A DNA stretch of 64,000 bases. Origin: Spirochaetaceae bacterium (GTDB lineage: Bacteria > Spirochaetota > Spirochaetia > DSM-2461). The notes below the pieces were generated by a model that saw nothing but the letters and a program-made list of their open reading frames with translations, was not told where the DNA came from and made no database searches. Numbering within the stretch: position 1 is the stretch's first letter; each line of letters begins with the position of its first letter. Of this stretch, positions 19,614 through 29,683 are shown in pieces. The DNA lies in the NCBI GenBank assembly GCA_051531975.1, contig JAOPTT010000020.1, forward strand, positions 1-64,000, in the 5' to 3' direction. A program made the translations under genes and the position numbers.

Positions 19614-22076
19614 ATGGATAATTTAATATTTGGCAATAGCCCCGGTTATTGGACTGCAAAGTGGATGGAACTGCCTAATTCCGATGGTAATAACTCTTTC
19701 TTCCGTATAAGACACAACTTTAAAATAGAAGAGAAGCCAAAAAAATCAACAGTGTATATCAGTGCAAGATTAAAATATAGACTGTTGATTAATGGGGAAT
19801 ATATTGGGGAGGGTCCGGCTAGAAGCAGCATGGAGGAGTACTCATATGACTCCTATGTTCTTACCGGAGGCCTGAATATTGGTGAAAATATAATATCCAT
19901 TGTAGTTAATCATTATGGTGAACTGCCCGGTGCATTTTTATTTCAAATGAATATGGTAGATCACCAGGGGATAAGTTCTATAATCTCAAGTGATGAAAAC
20001 TGGTTATATCAGGAAGCTCTGGAGTATAAAAATAGAACCCAGCTATATGGGTATGCTGATTATAGTGAAGTTTATGATTATAATACTAAATCTAATGATT
20101 GGAAAAAAGCTGAATATTTAGATCCTTTTAACTCCATGACTACCAAAAGAAAGAAACCTGTAGCCATGCCTTTTTTAGATATTATCCCCAGAGATATTCC
20201 AAAGCTTAACCAGGATATTATTCTTCCGGGTAAAGTCTTTAAATATGGAGAATCACCTCTTTGGCAGGAGACCGGGGAGAACTTTGGTGAGTATATGGCT
20301 GGGGAGATTCATCTTCCATTATCTGAATGTTCTATAAAGAATAAAGATGCACTACTAGATAGTAGTGACAAAACATGTGATATCTCCAGACCGGCTATTA
20401 ACTATACTGTATCTGAATTTAAAGGACTGTTTGATCCATTTATAATACTGGATTTTGGGAAATTGTTAAATGGTTATATCTGTATTGAAGCAGAAACAGA
20501 AGATGGTTGTAATACAATGATAGATATTGGTTATTCCGACCGGATCTACTACGATAGAGTTATCACCCAGCCATACAGGGGCCTGTGTTCCGCCGACCGG
20601 GTTATTATGGGCAGTGAACCTGTAGCCTGGAAATCATTTTATTGGCGGCAATTCCGTTATGTACAGATCTCTGTTAGAGACCTGACAGGTGTTTTAAAGA
20701 TTAAAAAAATCCATGTCATGGAACAGGCCTATCCTTTTAAGAGCCAGGGAGCATTTTATTCTAGTAATAAAGAGTTAAACAGGCTTTGGGATATGACTAA
20801 GAAAACCATAGAACTCTGTACCTCGGATAATTTTATGGATAATGGCCTACGTGAAAAACAACCATGGACTGGGGATATTGCAACCATAGTTTTAGGTACT
20901 TTAGCTATTTTTGGGGATGATCCTATTATTCGGCGTTATATTGCTACTAATATGAGCGGTCAAAAAAATAGTGGTCTAATTCCCGGACATTGGCCGGAGA
21001 CATCTGTTAAAGCTCATAGTGTCACAAAACAGGGTAATATCCTGTGGTTTGAGCACCCTATGGCATTAATGCTCAGAATGTCAGAATATTATATTCATGG
21101 CGGGCATAGCGGGTTTATAAAAAAATACTCCAGCCACTTTAGAAACTACGTAAACACACTCGAAAAGTATGAAAATCCGGATAGTGTTCTAGAAGAGATC
21201 CCCGGACAGCACTGGGTCGACTGGGCAGCCCTTAATATGACAGGGATATCGTTTATTACTAACCTGTGGTATAGCGAAATACTTAAACTGGCTTCTGAAT
21301 TGAATAAATCTGATAAGGATTTTTCAGAGAGATGCTTATTTAAAGCTGAGAGTATTAGAACATTTTTAATAGAAAATTTATGGGACAGGGAGTTAAACCT
21401 GTTTGTTGATAGTATTAATCAATCCGGTGAACAGACATATTCTGAGCATAGTAACTACTCTGCTCTGCTATACGGTCTGGTTCCTGTTAATGATTCAGAT
21501 AGATTTATTCAAACTGTATCAGATGCTGATATTATTAGGGTTGAACCATCATTTATGTATACCCCTATTATGGCATTAATGAGTAGTGGGCATATAGGTA
21601 AGGCGTTGGAAATGATATCCCAAAGGTATAAAATTTGGTTGGACGGAGATTATGACACCCTGCCGGAAGAGTGGCATCCTAATGCAACCTTTAGGGATGG
21701 TTACTGGAAAGGTAGAATTAGAGCATTGGCTCAAGCAGCATCTTGTGGTCTCCCTTTTACCTTCCATCGTGGAATTTTAGGTGTTAATCCAACATCTAAT
21801 GGATATAAAACATTTACAGTATCGCCAGCCATTGATTATTTAGAAATGTGTAGTGGAACTGTACCTACACCGTATGGGTCTATAAATGTTGACTGGAAAA
21901 GAGAAAACCAGCAGATAGTATTAACTATTGAATCTCCTGAAAGTGCTATAGGAGAACTGATTGTACCAAAGAACTACTCTATCCAGGGTATTTCTTCATC
22001 TGGGGAACTAGTGACTTTAACAGAAGGTATTACAAATATTGTATTACATAAGGTTGATTCAGGAGTTAAATACTAA
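19614..22076 (+). CDS. Divergent GH78 (alpha-L-rhamnosidase-like) glycoside hydrolase
   Basis: Rhamnosidase N-domain (YRLLINGEYIGEGP), LDFG, FRYVQ, D..REKQPWTGD, TLPEEW, and C-domain VPTPYGSINVDW. No signal peptide. Confidence 0.8.
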   Translation: MDNLIFGNSPGYWTAKWMELPNSDGNNSFFRIRHNFKIEEKPKKSTVYISARLKYRLLINGEYIGEGPARSSMEEYSYDSYVLTGGLNIGENIISIVVNHYGELPGAFLFQMNMVDHQGISSIISSDENWLYQEALEYKNRTQLYGYADYSEVYDYNTKSNDWKKAEYLDPFNSMTTKRKKPVAMPFLDIIPRDIPKLNQDIILPGKVFKYGESPLWQETGENFGEYMAGEIHLPLSECSIKNKDALLDSSDKTCDISRPAINYTVSEFKGLFDPFIILDFGKLLNGYICIEAETEDGCNTMIDIGYSDRIYYDRVITQPYRGLCSADRVIMGSEPVAWKSFYWRQFRYVQISVRDLTGVLKIKKIHVMEQAYPFKSQGAFYSSNKELNRLWDMTKKTIELCTSDNFMDNGLREKQPWTGDIATIVLGTLAIFGDDPIIRRYIATNMSGQKNSGLIPGHWPETSVKAHSVTKQGNILWFEHPMALMLRMSEYYIHGGHSGFIKKYSSHFRNYVNTLEKYENPDSVLEEIPGQHWVDWAALNMTGISFITNLWYSEILKLASELNKSDKDFSERCLFKAESIRTFLIENLWDRELNLFVDSINQSGEQTYSEHSNYSALLYGLVPVNDSDRFIQTVSDADIIRVEPSFMYTPIMALMSSGHIGKALEMISQRYKIWLDGDYDTLPEEWHPNATFRDGYWKGRIRALAQAASCGLPFTFHRGILGVNPTSNGYKTFTVSPAIDYLEMCSGTVPTPYGSINVDWKRENQQIVLTIESPESAIGELIVPKNYSIQGISSSGELVTLTEGITNIVLHKVDSGVKY

Positions 22077-23644
22077 TGAAAAAAAAGAATGTAATATTTA
22101 TCATTTGTGATGAATTAAGAGCTGATTCTCTAGGATTTATGGGTAATAAACAGGTTAAAACACCTAATCTTGATAAATTAGCTTCTGATAGTTTAATAAT
22201 AGAAAAAGCCTACTGTTCCAGCCCCATGTGTTGTCCATCTAGAGCCAGTTTGGCCACAGGTCGCCATCCTTTGACCCATGGGGTACTAGATAATGGTTTA
22301 CATATGATGGAAGACGAAGTTTCCCTCTATGGGATTCTTCGTGATTCTGGTTATAACACTGTAAATATTGGTAAATGGCATATAAATAGTAAACATGATA
22401 CCAACTTTGGTATGAATACCAATATCACTCAAATAAAGTGTGAAGACCAAAAAATTAACCCTTTTGGTATAACTGATTCTGAATTAAGAAAAAAAACTAC
22501 ATATAAAAAAATGCATGGGGATATATCTCTTGCAATACATGGGCAGCGACCAATAAAAGCTGAGGAATCTTTAGATTCACTGTATACAGATGAATTTATT
22601 AAAGAGATAGAGAAGGCTAAACAGTCAGTTGAACCATCTTTTTTACGGTTATCTCTGTTAGATCCCCACTCTCCATATATGCCATGTAAACCATATAGTG
22701 AAATGTATAATTACAAAGATATAGAACTACCAGTTAGTTTTAATAGTAATTTAGAAACAAAACCTCTTATGCATAAGCTTTTTCATAAAATACGAGGTTT
22801 TGACCATCTTGTAGAGGATGATTATAAGAAGTGTAAAGCTAGTTATTATGGGTTAATATCACATGTTGATTATAGAATTGGTAAAGTTATAGATAGTCTA
22901 AAAGAACTAGATATGTACGACAACTCACTTATAATATTTACATCTGACCATGGGTCTATGATGGGTGAACATGGGTATATTGAAAAATGGGGATACATGT
23001 ATGAAGAGGTATCAAAGATTCCATTTATCATTAAATTTCCTAAAGAAGAGGAGCTAGAAGGTCGGTCTGATACATTTATGGAAAATATCGATATTATGCC
23101 GACAATTCTTGACTATTTAGGAGTTGATATTCCTGAAAATATACATGGGAAAAGTCTAATACCTTACATAAAAAACAGGAATGAGGAACATAGGACAGAA
23201 GTTCATGGATTATCGTATATTGGTGGATTTCAAGATGAACCAGCACTTATGATAAGAGATGATATTTGGAAATTGACTATTTATCCAGGGCAGGAAAGCC
23301 TTGAAAATGGACTAAACAACGACCACTACTTAAGATATTCAGATTTTTTTGATGGAAAGATTATTGGTGGAGAGTTATATAATTTAAATAGTGATCCATT
23401 TGAGTTAAATAATCTATTTTGTGATGAAAATTATAAATCAATAAAGAATAAATATGTAAAAAAAATAGATGAGTGGAAAAAAAGCCTGGGCCCTATCGTT
23501 GATTATAAAGGAATGGAACCTTTAAAAAACAGTCTAGCATTTTTTAGTTTATCCCAGGGGGATATGTTAAGTGAAACAAATAATTTGATTTTGTCCAATA
23601 GATTAAATGGCAATATACATAAAAGAGGTAGAAATAGTGAATAA
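22076..23644 (+). CDS. Cys-type (S1) sulfatase, no signal peptide
   Basis: NVIFIICDELR, CCPSRASLATG, GKWH, PHSP, SDHGS, ELYNLNSDPFE. Confidence 0.92.
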   Translation: MKKKNVIFIICDELRADSLGFMGNKQVKTPNLDKLASDSLIIEKAYCSSPMCCPSRASLATGRHPLTHGVLDNGLHMMEDEVSLYGILRDSGYNTVNIGKWHINSKHDTNFGMNTNITQIKCEDQKINPFGITDSELRKKTTYKKMHGDISLAIHGQRPIKAEESLDSLYTDEFIKEIEKAKQSVEPSFLRLSLLDPHSPYMPCKPYSEMYNYKDIELPVSFNSNLETKPLMHKLFHKIRGFDHLVEDDYKKCKASYYGLISHVDYRIGKVIDSLKELDMYDNSLIIFTSDHGSMMGEHGYIEKWGYMYEEVSKIPFIIKFPKEEELEGRSDTFMENIDIMPTILDYLGVDIPENIHGKSLIPYIKNRNEEHRTEVHGLSYIGGFQDEPALMIRDDIWKLTIYPGQESLENGLNNDHYLRYSDFFDGKIIGGELYNLNSDPFELNNLFCDENYKSIKNKYVKKIDEWKKSLGPIVDYKGMEPLKNSLAFFSLSQGDMLSETNNLILSNRLNGNIHKRGRNSE

Positions 23645-26459
23645 TAATATAATATCCCTTAACGGTGATTGGAAAGTTGTTTTTGATGATGATAATAAGG
23701 GGCGATATTTAGAACTTCAAAACAGAGAGAACTTTTTAAAACAGGAAGATATACACACAGTAGAAGTTCCCTCCTGTCTTGAGGAGTATAAAGAGGATTA
23801 TCAAGGTGTTGCATGGTATTATAAAAACATTCATATATCAGAGGATTATTTAGGGAAAAATTTGAGGATATCCTTTGATGCTGTAAATTACCGGTGTGAA
23901 GTCTGGCTAAACGGCTATCCTGTAGGAATACATGAAGGTGGATATGTTGGGTTCGAATTTGATATTACTAGTTTTGTTAAACATGGTGAAGATAATGATC
24001 TTTCTGTAAGGGTTATTACTCCATTAATTACCCGGGATGTAGTGATTGATGGTTTAGCTAGGGATGAAGCTCCTCACTGGAGAGGTGCTATTGCCGGGGG
24101 TATTTGGCAAAACGTCTCTATAAAAAGTTCAGGATCAACTTATCTAGAAGAGATCTTTGTTCAGCCAGATATAAAAAATGGTAAAATAGACGTTTCTATG
24201 AATATTATTAACAATTCTATGGAGACGATAGGTCATAAACTTAACGTTTTTGTAGATTCATTTAATAGAGAAGGATTAAAAGAGAGTGTCTTCTTTAATA
24301 TAGAGGCCGAACCTGGAATTAATAAATTTTCATTTGAGTATGATATGGGAAGTTACGATTTATGGTCATTTGATAACCCCAACTTATATCTACTTAGCAT
24401 GAATTTAATGAACGATAATTCTAGTTCAGATAATCAAACAGTTAGATTTGGAATGAGAGAATTTACTATAGATGGTGCAGACTTTATTCTAAATGGAGAA
24501 AAAGTAATTTTAAAGGGCGCATTTTATGAGGGTGTATATCCACACTCTTTAGCCTATCCAAGGGATATAGAAGTTCTGCGTAAGACATTAACCCGGGCCA
24601 AAGAAGCTGGACTTAACCTTATAAGACCATGGAGAAAACCACAGCCACCAATTGTATACGATATGGCAGATGAGTTAGGAATATTTTTTATTGGTACTCT
24701 ACCAATAGAATGTATGGATTATTGGCCTAAAATGACTCCTGGAATATATAAACGTATAGATAATGAAATATCAGAGATGATAATACGTGACAGGAATCAT
24801 CCATCAATAATAATGTGGGAAATGTTTAATGAAATATGGCGTCTGCCTCTAAAGCAGTACAAACATAAAGCATCACTTATTGCCAGATATAACGATCCTG
24901 CCCGTATAATTTTAGATGAAGCAGGTGGTTTTGCAGGTGGAGCGAGTATTTATCTTCCTTATAGTAAATCCCCGGTAGTTATGAATGATGTTCATCACTA
25001 CCCTAGGGCTCCATTTGAAGACAAAGAGTTTGATAACTTTTTAGCACTTGCTAAAACTCCCCAGGAAATTAAATCTATGGGTATGGATTCCGAGGAATTC
25101 AAATTCAGACAGATGAAACCAGGTGTTTTAACAAATATATCTGAAATAGGTTATGGAAGTGTTACAAACTTAGAAGAAAATATGGAGAGATACCAGAGAG
25201 AAGGTAATAAGCTAACCCCAGATTATAAAATACATGAAAGACTTTATAGTTCATATAAACAAGTTTTAGATGAGACTGGTATAATTTTTATGTTTGGTTC
25301 TTTAAAGAACTTTTCCATAGCAAGTCAAAAAGTACATGCTAATGGAAATAAATTTATGATTGAGTCCTGCCGACTAAATGAAAATATCGGTGGAATTATG
25401 GTACACGCCCTTGCAGATGGTGACTGGGTTGTTGGTGCTGGAATGCTAGATCAGTTTGGAGATACTAAAGAGTCATATTATGGTGTTAAAAAAGGTTTTA
25501 GTAAAATCTATATATCAACAAGGGTAGATAAAGTAAATCTAATTATAGGTGAACCTATAAAAATAGATTTAAGAACAATAAATGATACAGCAGAAGTTTG
25601 TGGTAATTTAAAACTATATATTGTGGATGAAAATTGTAATGAATTTGTTATTTCTGATATTAGTAATATAACTATTAAAGAAGGAATTAATTTTCTAAAC
25701 ACAAGTACAACAACAACTTCTGATCTTTATGGGATGTGTAAATTAAAGGTTGAGTTTAAAGTAGATGATGAAGTATTCGCAGATAATGAAATGGACATAT
25801 ATATTCTTGAACCGTTTAATGTTACAAAAAAGACTCTATGTTTTGTTGAAAAAAATAGCTCATTAAAAAGTTATGCAGATAGTGAAGGTATACCCAACAG
25901 AGCCTTTGATGACAAAATGCCAATAGATGTTCCTCTTTTTTATTCAGGCTCAACAGATGAAAAAATACTGACTAAAATATCTGAATGGGTAGATCGTGGA
26001 GGATGTGCAAATATTATGACGTTCCCCCAAGGAGTTAGAATGCCTGAAACAATAATTTCAGAGCAGTTAATTCAAAACTATCTACCATTTGATGTAATAA
26101 CAATTCAGAATCAGGATCTTTGGTCTCCATCAAACCACATATTAAGGGATCATTCTCTATTTAGAGGTCTTCCTACTGAAATAATTATGGATAATCCTTT
26201 TAAAAATATTCTACCTAGGCAGTCTATAGTTAATTATAATGATAATTGGTTTGCTGGGACAATCTATTATACTTGGTTTGGTGGACAGGAACACAAACAA
26301 CATTATTATGGGGTTAACAAAGCAGAACATGCTTCTGATGTTGTTGAAATACCTTATGGTAAAGGAAAATTCATTTTAAATACAATAAGAATAGCTGATA
26401 ACATAAATTCTGATAGAATTGCACAGTTAATGTTTAATAACTTGGCAGAATGGAAATAG
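23637..26459 (+). CDS. GH2 glycoside hydrolase (beta-galactosidase-like)
   Basis: GTG 23637 after GAGG; SLNGDW, HEGGY, GGIWQ, FGMREF, RDRNHPSIIMWEMFNE (acid/base), ISEIGYG (nucleophile). Confidence 0.9.
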   Translation: MNNNIISLNGDWKVVFDDDNKGRYLELQNRENFLKQEDIHTVEVPSCLEEYKEDYQGVAWYYKNIHISEDYLGKNLRISFDAVNYRCEVWLNGYPVGIHEGGYVGFEFDITSFVKHGEDNDLSVRVITPLITRDVVIDGLARDEAPHWRGAIAGGIWQNVSIKSSGSTYLEEIFVQPDIKNGKIDVSMNIINNSMETIGHKLNVFVDSFNREGLKESVFFNIEAEPGINKFSFEYDMGSYDLWSFDNPNLYLLSMNLMNDNSSSDNQTVRFGMREFTIDGADFILNGEKVILKGAFYEGVYPHSLAYPRDIEVLRKTLTRAKEAGLNLIRPWRKPQPPIVYDMADELGIFFIGTLPIECMDYWPKMTPGIYKRIDNEISEMIIRDRNHPSIIMWEMFNEIWRLPLKQYKHKASLIARYNDPARIILDEAGGFAGGASIYLPYSKSPVVMNDVHHYPRAPFEDKEFDNFLALAKTPQEIKSMGMDSEEFKFRQMKPGVLTNISEIGYGSVTNLEENMERYQREGNKLTPDYKIHERLYSSYKQVLDETGIIFMFGSLKNFSIASQKVHANGNKFMIESCRLNENIGGIMVHALADGDWVVGAGMLDQFGDTKESYYGVKKGFSKIYISTRVDKVNLIIGEPIKIDLRTINDTAEVCGNLKLYIVDENCNEFVISDISNITIKEGINFLNTSTTTTSDLYGMCKLKVEFKVDDEVFADNEMDIYILEPFNVTKKTLCFVEKNSSLKSYADSEGIPNRAFDDKMPIDVPLFYSGSTDEKILTKISEWVDRGGCANIMTFPQGVRMPETIISEQLIQNYLPFDVITIQNQDLWSPSNHILRDHSLFRGLPTEIIMDNPFKNILPRQSIVNYNDNWFAGTIYYTWFGGQEHKQHYYGVNKAEHASDVVEIPYGKGKFILNTIRIADNINSDRIAQLMFNNLAEWK

Positions 26460-26495
26460 AATCAGTTTAGGAATTAAATAAAGAAACCAAATATA

Positions 26496-26526
26496 CCCTA
26501 GATAGAGGTTTTAATTATATCTAGGG
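26496..26526. terminator. Inverted repeat between convergent genes
   Basis: CCCTAGATA...TATCTAGGG between the GH2 and acyl-CoA synthetase stop codons. Confidence 0.5.
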
Positions 26527-26561
26527 ATATTAAAATATTTTTATTCAATATTCCATTACTA

Positions 26562-28199
26562 CTATTTATAGTTAAACCTTCTAATTTTCATAGTGGGAGT
26601 CTTAATAAACTCTTCGCCATGGGTTTCTAGGTTTACGATCTGAGAGTAGGAGGGAAGTACTTTGTTAATATTCCTTTTAACCTCTTCCAGACCAGTTTTG
26701 ATTCCTGAATCATCAAGATTATTTTCTTTGATGTAGTCCTGATCTAGATAAACCAAACCTACAACCTTACTTTCCCTATCAAGAACAAGAGATTCTGAGA
26801 TTATGGCATAATTATTTAGTTTTGCTTCTAATTCCTCAGGATAGATATTTTGTCCTGCAGGAGTAAGTAACATGTTTTTACATCTACCCTTAATATAAAT
26901 ATGCTGATCGGCATCCATAACACCCATATCACCGGTTCGAAGCCAACCGTCTTCACTTAGAACTTCCCGAGTTGCCTCTTCGTTTTTGTAGTATCCAAGC
27001 ATGACATTTTCGCCCTTTACCATGATCTCACCAATTTCATTTTGAGGATCTGATGAATCTATTTTACCTTCTAGATGGTAAATTAGCTTTCCTGCAGAAC
27101 CACCTCTGTATTTATCCCAGGGTGCAAAGGAGATCAAAGGACCACACTCTGTCATTCCATAGCCAACTGTGAATTTGAATTTAACCCTTTTAAGGAATGT
27201 CTCAACCTCCGGATTGAAAGCAGCACCACCAATAATAAGAGATATAAAGTTTCCACCAAAACTTTTTGTGAGTTTTTTACACATGACTTTTCCAAGGATC
27301 TGTTTGATTCCAGGAATATTTGCATACCATTTATTCAAAACAGGTTTAAGCTTCTTATAGTAGATCTTCTCGATAACCAGAGGAACAGAGAGGATATTAC
27401 GAGGATGAATAGTCTGAAATGCCTTCATAATTACCTGTGGGGCAACCCTCTTACTTAAGAATGTGATATGACATCCAGTCATAAATGGGTAGAGAAATTC
27501 GAATGTTCCTCCAAAACTGTGGGCAATAGGAAGGAAACTTACAATCGGATCCTTTGATTTAAGTCCAACTGACTCTTGGGCATAATCAACATTTGTAATT
27601 AGACTGTTATGATTTAACATAACACCCTTTGAAAATCCAGTTGTACCGGAAGTATATATTATAGCTGCAAGTTCGCTGTTATCGACCTTATCAAAAGTTA
27701 TATCCTCAGGCTTCAGTTCACCTTTAAGGTTAATTTCAAGATCTTTTTTTCCATCTTCGATTAGAGTTTGAACAATATTACCTCGTTTATGAAGCAGAGT
27801 ATAAGAATCCACATCAAGTCCTGCGCTAAGGGCTGGAAGTTTATCAAAATCTAGATCCTTCCACATTGTTTTAGGGGCGAAAAAAAACTTGCTGTCTGAG
27901 TGGTTTATTATGTTGGTAATATCATCAGCACTAAAGTCTGGCATTACAGGAACTACTACTGCTCCATAGGTTACAGTAGCAAGATAAACTTTTGCCCAGT
28001 TTATGGAGTTTTTACCACATACTGCAACTTTATCACCTTTCTTCAATCCACTTTTCTCAAAAACTTTATGAAAAGCCAATATACTTGCTGCTACCTCTTT
28101 GAAACTACTGGTATCTTCTTCAAAATTACTGAAACATGGGTAGTCCCAGTTTTTCCTAAGAGTTTTCTGAATCTCATCTACAAAATTTCTTTTAATCAT
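26562..28199 (-). CDS. fadD: Long-chain acyl-CoA synthetase (AMP-binding)
   Basis: IIYTSGTTGFSKGVML, GYGMTE, GWLRTGDMG, GQNIYPEELE, KTPTMKIRR. Confidence 0.88.
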   Translation of the reverse strand: MIKRNFVDEIQKTLRKNWDYPCFSNFEEDTSSFKEVAASILAFHKVFEKSGLKKGDKVAVCGKNSINWAKVYLATVTYGAVVVPVMPDFSADDITNIINHSDSKFFFAPKTMWKDLDFDKLPALSAGLDVDSYTLLHKRGNIVQTLIEDGKKDLEINLKGELKPEDITFDKVDNSELAAIIYTSGTTGFSKGVMLNHNSLITNVDYAQESVGLKSKDPIVSFLPIAHSFGGTFEFLYPFMTGCHITFLSKRVAPQVIMKAFQTIHPRNILSVPLVIEKIYYKKLKPVLNKWYANIPGIKQILGKVMCKKLTKSFGGNFISLIIGGAAFNPEVETFLKRVKFKFTVGYGMTECGPLISFAPWDKYRGGSAGKLIYHLEGKIDSSDPQNEIGEIMVKGENVMLGYYKNEEATREVLSEDGWLRTGDMGVMDADQHIYIKGRCKNMLLTPAGQNIYPEELEAKLNNYAIISESLVLDRESKVVGLVYLDQDYIKENNLDDSGIKTGLEEVKRNINKVLPSYSQIVNLETHGEEFIKTPTMKIRRFNYK

Positions 28200-28439
28200 A
28201 TTTTCTCCCCAAAAAAAGAAAGAATTGCCTCATTAGTCAATAAAACCATAGTACTACATGTACAGATTAGAACATGTTTTTGTTATATAGGGATCTTTTA
28301 AAGACTTTTATGAATAAACCTCATCTATCTTTTAATAATATTTTTACTTGATAACCTTAAGTTATTAAATAATATTAAGTTATTAGTATCTACTGGTCAA
28401 TTACTATATTATAAAAGTTTGTTTTAATTTGGAATATCG

Positions 28440-28490
28440 ATTTAATATGCAATCAATTCATACCAAATACGTATGGAATGCATATTAAAT
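28440..28490. repeat. Long imperfect inverted repeat
   Basis: ATTTAATATGCA (28440-28451) / TGCATATTAAAT (28479-28490), with inner CATAC/GTATG pairing. Confidence 0.6.
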
Positions 28491-28657
28491 TTGTTAAATG
28501 CGTAAGTAATATATTTGTTCTATTTGTAATAATATTATATATATTTACTTAATAAACGGCTAAAGGAAGTCCAGTATAGTATCGGGATTTATAGAAATAT
28601 ATTATAATAAAAAATGGAATTATTACTCGGAGTTCATTATAATTTTAATAGAGAATT

Positions 28658-29578
28658 ATGGAAAATCTAAAGATTATTGAAACAGATAGGTTATTCATTC
28701 GTGAAATGACTGTCGATGATACAACTCATTTATACAACCTCTCTTCAAATAAGAAAGTAATGAAGTATTTAAAGGTTCTAGAGCCTTCTCCGCCCAGTGA
28801 AGAAAAAATCCGTAATATAATCAAAATGGCTCAGCTCCAGCTCTGGTTCAGATTTGTACATGGTTAGACGAAATACCCTTGTCTCTAGAACTTGCTGCTG
28901 AAAAAACGAGAGTATTTGGTTTGGTACAAATTGCTGAAAGATTAAAGAATCGTTTCAAACTACTAAAATCAGACAAACAAAATCTATGCCCAGGCAGAAA
29001 ACACTACGAGCTCTTATTGATTGGAGTTATAACCTTCTTTAACCAGATGAGCAGATCCTACTTGCAAAACTTGTAATTTTCCCTAGTAGTTGGGATTGTC
29101 ACATAGTTGAGGTTATCTGCGATTACAATATCCCCCTTATTCCACCTGAGACGCCTCTGTTATATGACTTTATCACTAATAAATCATCGACATCTACTGA
29201 AAACAGTTATCAGAATAGTGGGATAGATAATCTGCTGGATATTACAAACTCTGAAGATTATATCTTTAAACAATTTGAAATTTGTAACGTGCTGGATTCT
29301 GAAATTATATACCCACTTAGCTTAAGGCTCAGAGATATTATATCTACTATGATATAAAAAACTTTGCATGAAATATATTAATGTCATTACACCAATAATT
29401 GAAAAGTGGGAGTTCGATTTCTCCCCAATTGATGTTGATAATTACAAAATAATGAAAAATTAAATTAAATGTACTCTTTCTGACCAAGACATTAAAACAG
29501 CAAATGAGGAGGGATCAAATATGTCTTTTGAACAATTATTTGATTCCACTCTGGAAATATTTATGACAAAGCATTAAT
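28658..29578 (+). pseudogene. Decayed chimeric region: GNAT (RimJ/L-like) N-terminus plus fragments of a STAND/NB-ARC (COG3903-type) ATPase-TPR gene
   Basis: MENLKIIETDRLFIRE (GNAT). Then in shifted frames ICTWLDEIPLSLELAA..IAERLKNRFKLL and PRQKTLRALIDWSYNLL*PDEQILLAKLVIF, and a C-terminal-like EEGSNMSFEQLFD. Frameshifts and an in-frame stop are present. Confidence 0.75.
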
Positions 29579-29683
29579 GATGTGAAATTATTATAGTAGA
29601 CATTAAATTTATCTTTTGGAATATAATCCATTTTTTGAATGGGTATACACTTACATATTTCCTTATAGATGCTAAAATTGATT

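Noticed and set aside
28440..28499. Hairpin followed by GTTAAAT as a possible integron attC site
   Set aside because: There is no matching RYYYAAC box at the proper position, no second copy and no integrase in the window.
28879..29076. 65-aa ORF as an independent gene
   Set aside because: It is an internal fragment of the frameshifted STAND ATPase pseudogene.
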